Source of the DNA: Marsupella aquatica
Lineage: Eukaryota; Plantae; Marchantiophyta
Length of the DNA stretch: 64,000 nt
Direction of reading: 5' to 3'
Assembly: GCA_973895155.1 (NCBI GenBank)
Contig: OZ316892.1
Span: forward strand, 25,567,233 to 25,631,232
This document shows positions 49,501 through 63,796 of this stretch, one piece after another. The position numbers were made by a program, and so were the translations under genes. A model generated the notes under the pieces. The model had not been told where the DNA came from. It worked only from the letters and a program-made list of their open reading frames with translations, and did no database searches. How positions within the stretch are numbered: position 1 is the stretch's first letter; every line of letters starts with the position of its first letter.

Positions 49501-52464
49501 GGTAACTTGTGCCCCCATATTCACGACACAGGCCGTTGATATTCCATTACCAAACGTTGCTGCTACACTTTCCTGGAGAATACACACCAAAAACAGAGTG
49601 CAGTCAAGTCAACAATTTGCTCAGCGAAAAGTCCAAAATGCTCAGCGAAAAGTCTAAAAAGCTGACTTGAAAAAAGCCATAAAGTAAGGTCCATTTGAGA
49701 ACCTGATGCACAACAGCCGAACGAAAATTAAGGTCCCTCAAGACGATAGACAGCAATTCCTTGATCTCTGTGGCAAGAAATAATGATCAGACACTCCAGA
49801 TTAGTAATTACAAGTATTACTAAGAATATATCCACCATCACTTGTTGCCAAAGTCGCTTCCCACACACAAGGGGCCTCTATAGATATTCCACAAAGGGGT
49901 CAACAAACAAGAAAGGAAGGAATAACGACGAGTATGCTATCAATGGCAAAGGATAGCACTACACAAAGTACAACATCTGCTACTAACAAGAAAATGAAAG
50001 ATTTGGTCTGTCTCTCTGACTATGTAGTTTACAGATATAATAATCTCGTTGCCATAACCCACATGGGTGCGAGCCTATTCAAATGCTGGACAATTTCAAA
50101 CACCTCTACAACAAGCCCAAGTAGTGTTAACCTCGATTGTCCAGTGTGTCAGGAACGACCAAAACAGCTGAAAAATGCCCACGGGTAATGGAGTCCAACG
50201 AGAGCTCCTCAGTCAGCACCCAGTCCCAGATTGAATAGAGGTCATCGCAAACCTATGAAAACCCACAAGAAGTTGCAGAGTCAGGACCAATACCGATATG
50301 TATGGAACCTAGAAGTTGGGGTCATTCTTCAAAAAATGGGCAGAAATGATGTCCAACTCAATGAATGTTGGGTCAAATGGGAATTGCTTCTGTAATGCTT
50401 GCCTGTTGCAAAGGGTATTGTTGCGTGACGTTCAAATGTCCTCTGCAAATTGGCCGCCTTAAGACATATGGTTCACTCACTGCAATTTTAAGGGCCTCGT
50501 CGCCGAATATGTACTTCCGGTACTTAATCGCGTTCAACACCGAAGTCTGTAGAGAGGCTTCAATGTTGGACTTTGAATCCTCTGGTTCTAGCCTCACCTC
50601 CACATGAATTTCCAGGTCTGGTCCATCATGAACTTCGCGCTTAGGTTCAGTAGGGCTCTTGAGTTCAGGCTCCGTAGGAGTCTGACTGTCAAACAGCTTT
50701 TGGATTTCTGCTACGGGTACTTTCAACGTCTCGTCTTCAGAATCCTCAACAATTTCTTCACCCGGGTCCTTCCTTGTTTCTTCTTCGGAATCTTCAACAA
50801 TCTCTTCGGATTCCTTTCGAGTTTCTTCCTCGGAGTCTTCAACGATCTGTTCTTCAAGTTTGCTGGGGGACCCTTCCTTTACGTCTGCAACAATCTCCGG
50901 TTCAGATTCCTTGGCAACTTCATGTTCAGGTTCCTCACTTGCCTCTTCTTTATGGTCTGGACCGAGTTCATATACTTCTGTAGCCCGTCCTGGTGGAGAG
51001 ATACAACTAAGTCAGATGAATCAGATGAGTGCTCGAGTCATAAAAGACACTACATGCCAGGCATTACTAATGGGTTCATGCTGGCATATCAAATGAAGTG
51101 GTCACCTACTTGTGGGGGTGGAGCGATGGTCATCTTCAACCGGACTGCTTGTCGGGGTCAAGAGTTTAGGAACTTGTGCATCAACTTGAGACGGTGGATT
51201 GTTTACCACCACTTCCGTCCATGAAAAAGATTCCTCCTCGTTCAGTTCAATACTTGTCCAATCCTTTCGATGAACCTGATCAACCGGTCCAACATCCGTT
51301 GAAAATTAGTGTCAAATGCTTCCCTAGCCGGTAACGGTATAACCTAACTTTGCCTTTTCGAATTACATTAAGACTCACAAAGCTTCAATTTATTTATCAA
51401 CAATCAGATTATTCGGTTACCTTTGGAGATCCTTCTTGGTCGGGTACAAAAGATTCCATTTTCAGCTGTAACTCAACCTGAACACAAGACACGAACAAAC
51501 TTCAAAAGACAGATCTGAAAAAAACGAGAAAAGTAACAAGAAACGTGTACTTCGCTATTTGTAATCTCTGATTATTTAAGAACGCAAAACGAGGGCATGT
51601 CTCGTGTACTTGAAGTTTGAAGAAGAGAAGGCTTACCATCTGACAAATCTCATCACGTTCAGCCTTTCTGGACCCAGATATCGGTCTTCTTGAGGTCTGC
51701 GAGAAAAAGTTGGCAATTTAGTGAGAGATTGATCCAGATATAATCATTTTTCGTTACCAACAAAGCTTTGACAAGATCTGCAAACCTCCGGCTGAAAAAA
51801 TGAAATGATAACCAGACAGGGTAGATTCATACACACAGACCCCTTGCTCGGCAACTGACCCTTTCTTCCTCTGCTTGTTCTCAATAAAGCCCGGAACCGA
51901 GATGTGCTGTGCTATGCAATGAGGTATAACCAAGGGAGATTGTGCAGTTGCAAGACCAATACGCAAGTTTGCTGAGCCTGCCATACAATCATCATGCACT
52001 CACAAATCAGCAACTAGTGAACATGGTGGTATGAGAATGATAAATGAGCAGTCCTCGCTCAGAATCCCGCTACCATATAAAGGATAGGAAGTGTCTACAT
52101 TCTATAGCCGTCCAGCTGCACCTATCACCACTGATCTGCCAAAGGACTTCATATCAAAGTAAGCCAAAGGAATATACCGAAGTTGATCACCACAATATCG
52201 GATCCACTTTCAGCAATTAGCTGTGATGGCGCAATGGACCGAATATCCTGCGTCGGACACGCACATGTCATGCCCCAAAGCATCCTCAGAGACATACAGA
52301 AACACATGACACGGGATTGATTATATGCATGACCACGGGTAGCAACATTCAACAAAAGACGAGCACTTATTTCCCACATCGGTCATCAAAGATAAAAACA
52401 TCCAACACATGCAGCTACTCTAGGCAGTGGGGTAACGAGAATTAGAGCTCTCCACACATACCAT
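46587..52464 (-). CDS. ARP9: Nuclear actin-related protein 9 (plant ARP9, Arp8 orthologue, INO80 complex), multi-exon
   Basis: ATG-only first coding exon (52464-52462), then DIRSIAPSQLIAESGSDIVVINFG|SANLRIGLA, YIFGDEALKI..RRPICRGHLNV, VCDDLYSIWDWVL, QESVAATFGNGISTACVVNMGAQVTS, GLSRAIVNSI, last exon VLGILDFSRDAW..RKYKDSY, stop at 46587. Confidence 0.88.
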
Positions 52465-53006
52465 CGTATCCCCCCTCCTCTGCTCGATGTAGCTCAGCTT
52501 TTGGGGCACTTATTCATATCAGTGTCCCAGCGTATTGCCGACTGTAACGAAAAAAACTCGCAAATTACCTGTACATAAAGTCCACCCAGTTGTGAATGTT
52601 GAGAATTTTCTAGTAGTTTGTTACATTCGTAAAAATTGAATGCTCTCCCTAACGAAAGTGCTATCCGTTCGTCCGTCTCTCTTCGGGGAGAAATTGCATG
52701 GGACAGGGAAGAACCGGGCAAGATTCTTAATTTTTTTCGGTTTCCTGCTGGACCTTGAAACCCGGGAGTCCCAATAGCCTCAGCGACGTTCAAGTCAACG
52801 GAAGGAACCATCATTGCATAAATTTTAGTCCGTCAAATTCAAAGATAAATGAGTGCTCGCAAAGACAGAGTGTTTGGAGAGCTAAGATTTCTTTGGGGGA
52901 GCTTGAGAAAATGCTTCGACCTAGTTGCGAACTTTACAATATGTACAAGGAGAGAGTACAACGAGAGGCAACAACACTACAGCGAGAGATAACGCTACCG
53001 TTCCTC

Positions 53007-53029
53007 TAGGGTTTCAAAGTGTAGGGTTT
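53007..53029 (-). promoter_or_regulatory. Two telo-box motifs (AAACCCTA) upstream of ARP9
   Basis: TAGGGTTT at 53007-53014 and 53022-53029, in the intergenic region between ARP9 and ARP3. Confidence 0.35.
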
Positions 53030-55129
53030 TCAACGTATAGGGTTCATTTAGTTTCTCCTGAGGGTGAACCATTTCACCAAATTGAGGACGGGACGTATTC
53101 AACAGTGCAAGACGCAGTGCCGAGCACCACACAGAAAAGCGGAGAAAAGAGTTTCGATGCAGGAAGAATGATAAGTGCGAAGGAAGGGATGAAGGAAGGC
53201 AATTTGACCTCAAATGTCGAATGAGTGCATGTGCGCGTGAAGCTTTGCTTCTGCCAAACCCTTACTAGCTTTGCCTAGAGACTGCCTGCTCATAAACCCT
53301 TACAATGTGGTACACGGTGAAGAACCGACGTTGGCCTTCCCATTTGTATTGGAAGGTACTTGTTGAGTTGGGCGATGGGTTTTACAAATCTAGAACCTCC
53401 CATCTTCTCTCGTCCATTCCGCCACGAGTTTCGGCTCACAGGTGAAGATCGAATCGAGCCATCTCCACACCTCCAAAGTAATTTTCGAACGAGGTTTCGA
53501 GACAGTCACTCCCACTCTGAGTTATGGACATTCTGTTTCCTCGAAAAGACGTTTTCATTCGCCACCAAAAACCCAAGAGAGATTAGGTTAGGGACTATTA
53601 AGATGGCTCAAAAAATAATTAATTGTAGAAGGTTTCTGACCTGAGACAAAATTTTAGGAAGTGTTTATTAAGAAACTTGGGAAAACATTTACACTGCATA
53701 TTTCAGAATAATCTATGTATTTTAATGTTGATTTATCACGTACATTGTTTCAAAGTACATGATGCAATCTAGAGAAATTATTTATTGTGCCTAATTTGGA
53801 AAAAATGTTACCTTTTCATGCAGGCATGCACAAACCTGATCATCCCTAGGGTACATAATAAGGTTTCATCAAAATATGACATAAATGGTGTACCACATCC
53901 CTCCATATCATGATAACCTCTTTATTTTCTTTAAATCAATGAGTGCACACCATATATTACCATATTTTGATGTGTGATTACCGGCCGGCAGGGCATAATA
54001 AGCTAGACCAAGGATAAGATACGAGCCTCCAGCCCCCCCCCCCCCTGCTCCAGAGTGTGAACGAGGGGGAAGCAATGAAAGCGGTCAGCAGCAGTAATTG
54101 AACCTCAGTAAAGCTTCCAAGATGGCAGGGTTCCAGCTTGGCTGGTGTTTTAATGTTCAAACCAATCATGCTTATGTCTTGTCTTATTACCTAAAAATGT
54201 CTCACAACCATAGAGGACCAATTGTAGGACAAGTTTTCCATCTAAATCATGTAATATGTAATCTCACTTTTTCTTTCTAAGGTTCTTATGAAAACTCATG
54301 AATTCTGATAGGAAACCTTCACAAGCTGTTAAATTATGGTAACATGTTTTAAGCATGAGATTGGCCTAAGTAAGGGTGCCATTGCACACTTTTTCCTTGC
54401 TCACTGTTGCACTCCTTGAAATCCAATTGTCAAGCCGGCTCATTGACTCTCTGTAGTGTCTGGCTCATTGACTCTCTCACTTATGCTCCACACTCACATT
54501 CAATATCATGTACTATCAACATTATTGTGCAACTCATGGGTGTTTCACTGGTTTCTTCTATAGTATGAGTTGCAGGGTAGCTTTTGGGAGTATCTGCAGC
54601 ACTTCTATCTACTTCCCAATGGATGTCCATCCTTGAACAACTAGTGGCATTCCAGCCCTTCTACCCATTGCATCCTCATGGATCTCGTGGTTTGTCCAAA
54701 AGCATTATCTTACTTTGGTTCCTGCAGAAATTGGTTCTGACAACCCAATTTTCCTGTCTAAATTAAGTTCAGACAAAGGGATAGTGTCCTGCTTTCGACA
54801 AACTGCTTTTTGCCCATGACCTAATACCCTCAGTCCTATCTCCTTGCAACTTTGTTGAACTAGACAATAATTTTCTGTAAAGTGACAAAACCTGGTGAAT
54901 GGTCTATTATTTTGAGTTGGGTCATACTGATAGTAAGCTAAGCTTCCAACTTTAAGACCAATCATTATTATGGCAAAAAGTTATGTATCATGAATTTACT
55001 TAAAGATCAATCATTATTATCTATCATGAATTTTGTAGTCCATAATTTTTTCTGTCTCTAACCTCAACTACTACTACTACTACTACTAAGTTATAAGGTC
55101 CATCCAATTTTTGAGGCTTGAGACCCCTT

Positions 55130-55580
55130 AATATAGTATAGCATGTTCATCCTGGAACATGTCTCTTTCATTGTCTTATAGTGATGTGTAATTCACCTAA
55201 TTTAGTTATGATAAAAGAAGAGAGTAGTATGTAAAGTATATGTTGTGATAGTCAACTCAATAAAACCATAAATTTTGTGAAGGAAACCACGAGGAGAACT
55301 TAGTACATCAGATGTGCACATTGTTCAAAATCATTTCTCCATTCTCATGAGAAAAGATAGAGTCCACTAAGGATTGATTGAAAAGGAAAGAGTAAGCATT
55401 TATGAAGGGAGCCAAAATAAATTCAAAATAATCTAAGCTAATAAATTTAAAAGGGGTCCAAAAGTTAATTCAAAATCTAATTAATAATTAATACAAAGGA
55501 TTCACCTTGTTAGGGCACATTAAAATCAAAATGATACAAAATCTCAATAAGACAAAACAGAAAAGTTGTATTCACCATAG
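55130..55580 (-). mobile_element. AT-rich dispersed repeat, copy 2 (inverted relative to 31430-32105)
   Basis: Collinear similarity to copy 1. Perfect hairpin catgttc-atcctg-gaacatg at ~55142-55161. Confidence 0.55.
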
Positions 55581-56555
55581 AACTTTTAATTATTTTGTCA
55601 CTAAACATGTTCTAATTCACAATATTGCCAATCTGTATTTATGAAAATGTCTGTATATGTATGACAAGTTTACCAAGATAATTAAGGGAACTATATATGG
55701 AAATTGAGATATTTTTGTAAATACAAAAAAAATCATGATAATATTGTAAATTCAAACCTCTTTACTGCCAATATGAATAAATTCAAATATCTTCACTGAC
55801 AATGTACTTAAAAGTTGATTCAGCATATATGTCAAAATTTCTCGGTACCTTTGTATTTTAGACCCCCTAATAATCAGAGTTTAATCTACTTAAAAGTTGA
55901 TTCAGCATATATGTCAAAATTCCTCGGTCCGGGGGAAGTGACTCACGAATAATTTGGTTCGGTCCGGGGGAAGTGAAGGGACCTCTTGTCCTGCCCTGTC
56001 GTGCTGAGCTCAGGCTTTTCGAGTACAGTACTATTGGTACCTTAAATCTCGTCCACTATACACTACGTGCTTGGTCTCCTCGAGACCCACAGCAATCGAT
56101 TGGTTTCAGCAGACTGATGAAACGAAGGTGACGACTTATTTTAGTGTGGGTGTTGACTCCCCGCCTTGCCCGGAACGTGCATGCTCGTTGGATGAATGCA
56201 GAGTTGAATCGAGTTTCAATGTGTAAGGAGCTGCTTGATAATTGAGGAAGGGCTAGAAAATTGCACTCTGGAGTCAAACAAGCTGCCAAGATCTGCTCTG
56301 GGTGCAGCAGACGAGTTTTAGGGTGGACTGGAGAAATTGGAGTTTGGAGCTGGTTTGTGGGGGGATGAAAGGTTGTTTGTACGGGATGAAATTTGTATCC
56401 TTCCGTGATATGAAGGTGGAGGAGCAGAAGATGAAATGAGGATGGAGGACGGAGGGGGCAGAATTGATGGTTAGCGGAGTGGGTCCTGCCTGAGCCGAAT
56501 TGGTAGTGGGGAGGTGAGTGGGTAAGATCAGTGGTGGTCCTGGTGGTGGAGGGTC

Positions 56556-59500
56556 ATGGATCCCACGTCACGGCCTGCGGTTGTCATCGATAATGGCACC
56601 GGGTATGTAGGTTTCACTTCTATTTTTGCAGCAACCGTTCCTTTTCTGTCTCTCATAGAAATGTCAGTTCTCTTATCTGTCTTCAGGGAGACTTCAGATC
56701 CCGTGACCTCTGGAGACTTTGCTAGCCTCTGCAATTGTCAAATTCCAGCTGTTGGTTCTAAGCAGAGCAACGCAAATGATTTTCTTCTACATTGTCTGGC
56801 AGGTATACGAAGATGGGGTTTGCAGGGAACGTGGAGCCCTGTTATATAATCCCTACCGTGGTGGCTGTGAATGAGTCATTTCTCGGGGTCCCGTCCACTC
56901 CAACTGGGAAGGGAGGATGGGGCGGTGCTGCTCTCCACAGCGCAGGCGTGATGGCTGATCTGGACTTTTTCATCGGTGACGAAGCTTTGGCTCGAAAAGA
57001 CGCAAATGCTTACACTTTGAGTTACCCTATTCGTCATGGCCAGGTTCTATTCTGTCCTTTCGATTATTGTCTGAAAAGGATTTTCTCATTTCTGAGCTTG
57101 CAGCGGGGAAAAATGTCATAGACAGGCGTTGGTGGGTTTGAAGTACTGAACAGAATGACCTGGGTCGTAATGTTCACAACTTGCTCGCCCGTCATCGACC
57201 ATTGAGTTTTAGAGTCCAAAATTGAGGCAAGGAACGGAAACTCAGAAGCGGGTGGTCAGTCATATGCTAAACCCAACTATAGAGAGAAATAAGTGGTGAC
57301 TGTGAAATTACTCTACATTGGACTCGAACGAACGTTAGGGCGTAAGGTTTCAGAGTCTGGCTCATTATATTTTTCTCTGTCATGCCGGAGGCACTTTAAA
57401 CGAATAATTTGGTTCGGACAATCATTTGTGTTGGAATACTAAATGTTAATCAGGAACTCCTTGGCACAACCAGTATTTTCTCGGAGAGAAATGTAAGGAA
57501 CTGAGTTGGAATGCTCTCACCTTGGGCTAGTACCACTATTTTCCACAGCAAAGAAATGCATCAGTCACGGATACGGCAGCCAATTCGGCCTTGAAATAAT
57601 GTTATCAGATCGTCGTGAGCCTTGGTTTGTGACTGGGGCAACTGTTAGGTTAGGCCTGTCTCTCACCTCCTGTGCGAAACAAATTTGACTTGTTGTGATG
57701 AGACATGTATGGTCGAACTCTGTCCCAAAAGCTGCACGTTAGCACTTCCCTTGAGCCATTTCAGGATCTCCTCGGTACAAACCTATTCATGCCCGCAGTA
57801 GTTCAAATCCATGTGATGTGATGAAATGGGAAGTGCGGTCTAAACTGGAAAATTGCAACTCATGTCCACTCCACCTTGGGTTTAAGAGCAGCATAATGAA
57901 ACAGAGCTCCATATCTGACTTCAATTTTGTTGACAGGTTGAGAATTGGGACACTATGGAAAGGTTTTGGCAGCAATGCATCTTTAACTATTTGCGCTGCG
58001 ATCCTGAGGATCACTACTTCTTACTTACTGAGAGCCCGCTCACCGCACCCGAGACCCGGGAATACACAGGAGAGATTATGTTTGAGACCTTCAATGTCCC
58101 TGGCCTATACATCGCAGTGCAGGCTGTGTTAGCCCTTGCTGCTGGCTACACGACTTCGAAGGTTGGTTTTTGATACCCCAGTTGTTTATAAAAGGATGAT
58201 TTTCAAAATTATGTATGTCATAGTTGTCATGTTGAGTATTACTCGTCTCACGACATGAAATGGTAGATGTCGTTGGTTTGCTTTTCTGATACTTATGATA
58301 TGTGAGTTCCACGCTGAAATGAGCATTGTTGTTTTGAAGTTAATTCTTAGAGTTTCACCTGGCAGTGTGAAATGACAGGGGTTGTTGTGGATGCGGGCGA
58401 CGGCATGACTCATGTGGTGCCAGTAGCGGATGGATATGTGATTGGAAGCAGCATCAAATCAATACCCATTGCTGGTCGTGACTTGAATAATTTTATACAG
58501 CAGCTCATGCGTGTAAGCTTGTTTCCTCAGAATACCAAATATATAATGATCCTGTCATGAAAACCATGAAAGTTGTGGCCAACCTTGTGGTGCAGAATAG
58601 ATCTTAAAGCTGGGAAGTGAGGTGTATGGTGATGAAGCACGAAGTGAAAGAAGCACCTGGGGTCAACTAATGAATCTGTTGGAGACCTCAACTCTTTCTT
58701 TTGTAATGAGGTGCGGATCCCTAGCTGAATCCCGTCGTTTGGTGATCCTTGTCGGGATCATATCGCAGGAGCGTGGAGAAAATCTGCCGCCCGAAGATTC
58801 ATTGGACATAGCAAGACGAATTAAGGAGACTTATTGTTACACATGTGCTGACATCGTAAAGGTGTCTACTTTTGCACCTTCAATCTCACAAATGCATAGC
58901 ACGAGGGTCTACATTCCTATAGCCTAGTGCTGATATGGATTGAAAATGTAGTGTAAGACTATCATTGGTAGCCTGAAGTCGTCGAAGTAGTCCTAAGGAG
59001 GTGGAGCCACCAGTGCATAGATAGGCAAATTGTGCTCAGTCAAAAGATAAATGTTGGTATATCAATTGTGCACTATTTGGGTCTTGAAAATTGTCAATGC
59101 CTGCACCTTTGGTAGCTTTGCATTATTGCACCCACGCTAGGTGAAGGCTTATAATTTAGTTGAATTTTTGTTTTCTTAGCTCTGCTTGGGAGGACGGTCT
59201 TGATTTGAATGTGATCAGTCAAAATGGCTACGAATGCTCCCTGGACGCTTATGACATACTGGCTTGTGTGATCCAGGAGTTCGGCAAGCATGACAAAGAA
59301 CCTGCAAAGTATATCAAGAAGTGGACAGGCACAAATTCTAAGACCAACATGCCTTACTCATGCGATGTAGGATATGAACGGTTCCTTGCGCCAGAGGTAT
59401 GACTCCAGATCAATTCAAAATGTAAGGAATAGGTTAAAAGAATTGTGCATCCAATATGTTTCGGAATCCAATTGTTCCTCCTAGTATAAGCTGCGAGCTT

Positions 59501-61019
59501 CTGTGGACAGTGGAGGCCGATTGATCTCGGCGGGGATTATGGATGAAAGTAGCGTGTACTTGCTTGTGAGCCTCTATGAACCCCTGAGGATTGAGAACGG
59601 ATGGGAAAGGGAGATTGTTGGTTCAATGTTTCATGGACCACAAGTAATGGCTGAGTGGTGCGTTTCTCCCTGTTATTGCAGGTCTTTTTTTCTCCGGAGA
59701 TCTACAGCAGTGACTTTACGGTCCCTCTTCCTGAAATTGTGGACAAATGCATACAGAGTTCTCCTATTGACACTCGACGAGCTCTGTACAAGGTTTGCTC
59801 ATGAATCTTTTCTACTTTCGCTATCTAGTGCCTTGTCTTCAGTCAGTCTACGATAGGTCCAACAGGTAGGCAACGGATTGGCACACACCTAGTTAATTCG
59901 TGCTGGTCTGAGATGCCCAACTCCCACCAGTTTTCGAGTTTTTGCTACCAAGGTTCAAGAAACGGTCTAAAAGACCTGAAGCGTCCCTGTTTCCTCTCAT
60001 TGCCACGTGGTACAGCTAATGAATCCAGCTTAGACGTGTTCTGGCTGGGATGGTTGAGTATGTGGCTAGGTGGCTGCTACTTCTGCTGGTTGTTTAGCTA
60101 AATGCTCAATAGGATATTGAAGGAAGGAACAATTACGGATCTACCGCAATGACTTTATTGTGGTTTTAGGCATATCGATTGATACGGTGGCAATTAGAAT
60201 TCTTAGCATTTTAGGAGCAGACTATTTGGAAGAATCTTGAGTATTGACCTCGGTGGACTGAGTTGCAATGCTAAGTAGACCGAGTAGTGATAGAATTCTG
60301 ATTCCATGCAACTTGTTTGGGGCTAACATTTTCTGCAACGGTTTTCTGACATTGACTATGGCAACTCCGTCAGAACATTGTTCTTTCTGGAGGCTCGACA
60401 ATGTTCAAGGACTTCCAAAGAAGACTTCAACGTGATGTTAAAAAGATCGTGGATGCACGAGTTACTGCATCCGAGTCTCGAAATGGTGGAAGTCATAAGG
60501 TCTTTATTCTGGTTATAGCCATTTATTTTCTTCTCGGTTTCTTTATCCTAAAAGCTGCACGAGAATCTGTGGGAAAGTAATGTTCGCTGTCTGTCTCTCG
60601 ACTGACGTAAGCGTTGGAAAGACGATGTGGGCATTTTCTGTTCGCTCGAGTCTATGTGAAAGGTTTCTGATTCTGCTGTACTTGTGTGCAGTCCCAGGCT
60701 GTGGATGTAAATGTCGTTGGGCATCACATGCAACGGTATGCTGTGTGGTTTGGAGGCTCCGTCCTTTCTTCTACCCCTGATTTTTATAAGGTGACGAGTT
60801 CTTCTTAGCCCTTGCATCCTTTTGCATGTTTAAATTTCTGCAACTAACATTCAAAGGAAAGCGACAACCCGTAAATGACGTAATAGCCTTTTAAGAGACA
60901 CACAGGCGATTGATATTGAGCTATTGGGTTTTGTGCAGGCATGTCATACCAAGGCAGAGTACGAAGAATATGGATCAAGCATATGTAGAACCAACCCTGT
61001 CTTCAAGGGAATGTATTGA
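56556..61019 (+). CDS. ARP3: Actin-related protein 3 (Arp2/3 complex); exons 56556-56602, 56803-57043, 57937-58161, 58366-58512, 58769-58861, 59277-59396, 59682-59792, 60374-60499, 60692-60790, 60939-61019
   Basis: [16 protein letters not shown]|[63 protein letters not shown]-terminal [11 protein letters not shown]. All introns are GT-AG and in phase. Confidence 0.96.
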
Positions 61020-61749
61020 GTTGTAAAGTTGGAGGAGAATGCAATGTTGCACTCTTCCATTGCTTGTTCATTGTAGCAGAGAGTGCAGCCTTGCATTGTC
61101 TTCCTTGATTTGTTATAGACCTCAAGGTAACTGCGGAATCGAGGTATCAGTACCCATGGGAATATTGTAGAGTGTGAGTTTCATTACTAGATGACAACTC
61201 TTTCCCAGTAGCAGCACTTGATGCTTAGGAGAATTTCTAAATGAGTAGGAAAATTTTCGTTGGCTACTGAAAATGTTTCTTGTTTCCCAATCTCAAACAA
61301 ATAGTGCTGTTTCAATACATCCCGAGCTCCAAAACCAGCGAACTACAGTAGACAGCTTATGCAAGCTGTGAGATCTGTGCTTTACCAGTATGGGATGAAT
61401 CTGTTCTTCAAGAAGATATGTTAGCAGAACATGGCCCACAGCCCGTGGAACTGATTTTGATACTTTCACCTTTTTGGAGGTAGACGTCTTATTGAGTTTA
61501 TTCATTCCCTATTCCCTTTGCATGTCCTCTTGTATAAGACATCGGATGAATGGGAGTTGGAAGATAAGAGATTCAGAATTTGGCTCCAAACGTTGGATTT
61601 GAACAACTAGGAACGGAAAGGAAGGTACCCCATGACGTGCGGAGCGGATGCAAGACGGATTCTCAATTCATCATTTTTTATTGTTTGTTGTTTTCTTTGA
61701 AAAATTCGAAAGTGGATTTTCACTAGAATCCTGCAACCTCCGTGTTGGG

Positions 61750-61842
61750 AACCGCGCTGACCCGTAAAGTTTCAGCAAAAGTATCATCAGGTGAAAACCG
61801 CGCTGACCCGTAAAGTTTCAGCAAAAGTATCATCAGGTGAAA
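61750..61842. repeat. 46-bp perfect tandem duplication
   Basis: aaccgcgctgacccgtaaagtttcagcaaaagtatcatcaggtgaaa x2. Confidence 0.9.
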
Positions 61843-62409
61843 GTAGTATTCTGGGTGTTCTAAAACAGGATCTAGAGAACCTTAAGCCGACAGCCGTGAG
61901 TTCGTCATGCTGGGTGGTAGCGTGAGATCTGGCCAACCCGCCGCCCAGTTTTCGTAATGGCCTCCAAAGTATCAAAGTACAGCTCGGGCAGCACACAGGA
62001 AGGGGAGACATCAATGCCCTCGAAACCGGACTGAACAGCCATCCCTGAATTTGTGGACGTTGTATTCTAAATTTTTCAGTGGGGAACTTCAACCAAAATT
62101 TGAGCATCTTCGACAATCAGTCTTCGCAAGTTTGTTGCCTGTTCTGCCACCACTATTGCTACTTTGATCTGGATATCATCAAGGTCTCTTGCTTCGTGAA
62201 ACAAATTTGCAAAGATTGATAAAGTTTCACAAAGGCATAGTGAACAGACTGTGTTTAGGGGAACACACTAAAACTTTAGTGCACTTTAGTTTTGTCACTT
62301 ATTTTGAGTCTCTCCAATACAAGTTCTCTCTATCTCTCAATTGGTTTTGTAACAATGAGCCTCAGTTATTAAGGGATTTCCTATTATCTAAGCAAATATC
62401 GCTTGGAGA

Positions 62410-63475
62410 TATGGTGCTCACCTTGAATTATCCTACAAGGCTATGTAAACAAGGACTTTGCTATAAATGTACTAGAGTCCCAAAGGACCAACTCACATGT
62501 GCGGGTCCTAAGAAATGCAACCCTTCAGCTGCAGCGAAATATTAGGCAAAAAGAAGATCTTCGATAATGACAAGCAACCAGGAGGATGACTACAAGAAGG
62601 CAGAAAATGCAGGCATGACCTGCAAGGGCCAGAAATTTTCCAGCCCTTGCACTCGGGACGCAGTAAAAACCATCGTCAGGCCTGGCGTAGGAGGGGATGT
62701 GGCAGAAAACTCTCCTCCATACATATTGCAGCATAACTGGAGTTAGGGCCAAAGTTTTTACAACCCTTCACGTGCGAGTTGGGTCTAAATCTTTTCTGGG
62801 CTCACCCTTAATCATCCCACAATGCTCTGTAAACAAGGACTTTGCTAGAATTGTACTAGTCTCCCTAAATCTTTTTGGGGCTCACCCTAAATCAGCCCAC
62901 AATGCTATGTAAACAAGGACTTTACTATACACTAGGCTCATTGAATCTTTTTGGGGCTCACCCTGAATCATCCCACAATGATCTGGACACAAGGACTTTT
63001 CTATAATTAACAAGCCCTATAGGAGGGCCAGCCCATAGGGAGTTGGGCCAAGTTGTTTATGGGGCAGCGGGAAGCACATATGTGCCAGGGGTGACCATTT
63101 TCTTCCATCCGTGATCAAGGAGTCAATTATGGGGCAGCCGGAAGCACATATGTACCAGGGGTGCACATTTTCTTCCATCCATGGTCAGGGAAAATAGTCA
63201 ATCAAATCCAACAGCTGTGGGTCTTTCCCGCCTAAGAGCATTTTTTTATATAAACAAAGGACTAAAAAATGGGAGATCCGTGATTATAGTTATAGATTGT
63301 TATTATTATTATAGACTAGTCTCACAAGAACTTTGCTATAATTAATTATACTAGTCTCCCTGAATCTATTTGGGGCTCACCCGGAAACATCCCACAATGC
63401 TATGTACACAAGGACTTTGCTTATAATTAATTATATTATACTAGTCTCCCTGAAACTTTTTGGGGCTCACCCCTT
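62410..63475. repeat. Degenerate ~75-80-bp minisatellite (about 6 copies) interrupted by a 70-bp duplication
   Basis: ggggctcacc...atcccacaatgct.tgtaaacaaggactttgcta...ctagtctccct recurs at ~62415, 62800, 62877, 62953, 63372 and 63462. tatggggcagc.ggaagcacatatgt.ccaggggtg.cattttcttccatcc appears twice at 63058-63180. Confidence 0.8.
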
Positions 63476-63796
63476 CATCTTCTCATCAGGCTTCCTGTAT
63501 TTGCCGCGTTTTCCCCAAACTCTAGCGTCGTGCTAAATTGGGAACAAACGTGTGGACTTTAGATCATGCTGTCTTCTTGCAATGCTCAGCTGCAGCTGTA
63601 TCTCTCTGTCTGTCTGTCTCCCATCTCTTTGTTTCTGGGGGCTCCACCGACTTTCATCTTCATCTTCTTGTGGAGTTGTGTCTTCTGTCCCCAGCTTGAC
63701 TTACGCCTAAAGAAAGCCCTCCACTTTCCCACCATGCCCTCCGTTCAGTCCTTCCTTGGGTTGTTGACTGGCTCCACCTGTGGATAAGTGGATTCC

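Noticed and set aside
50604-51224. 206-aa Phe-rich plus-strand ORF
   Set aside because: Antisense shadow of the Glu/Lys-rich ARP9 exons.
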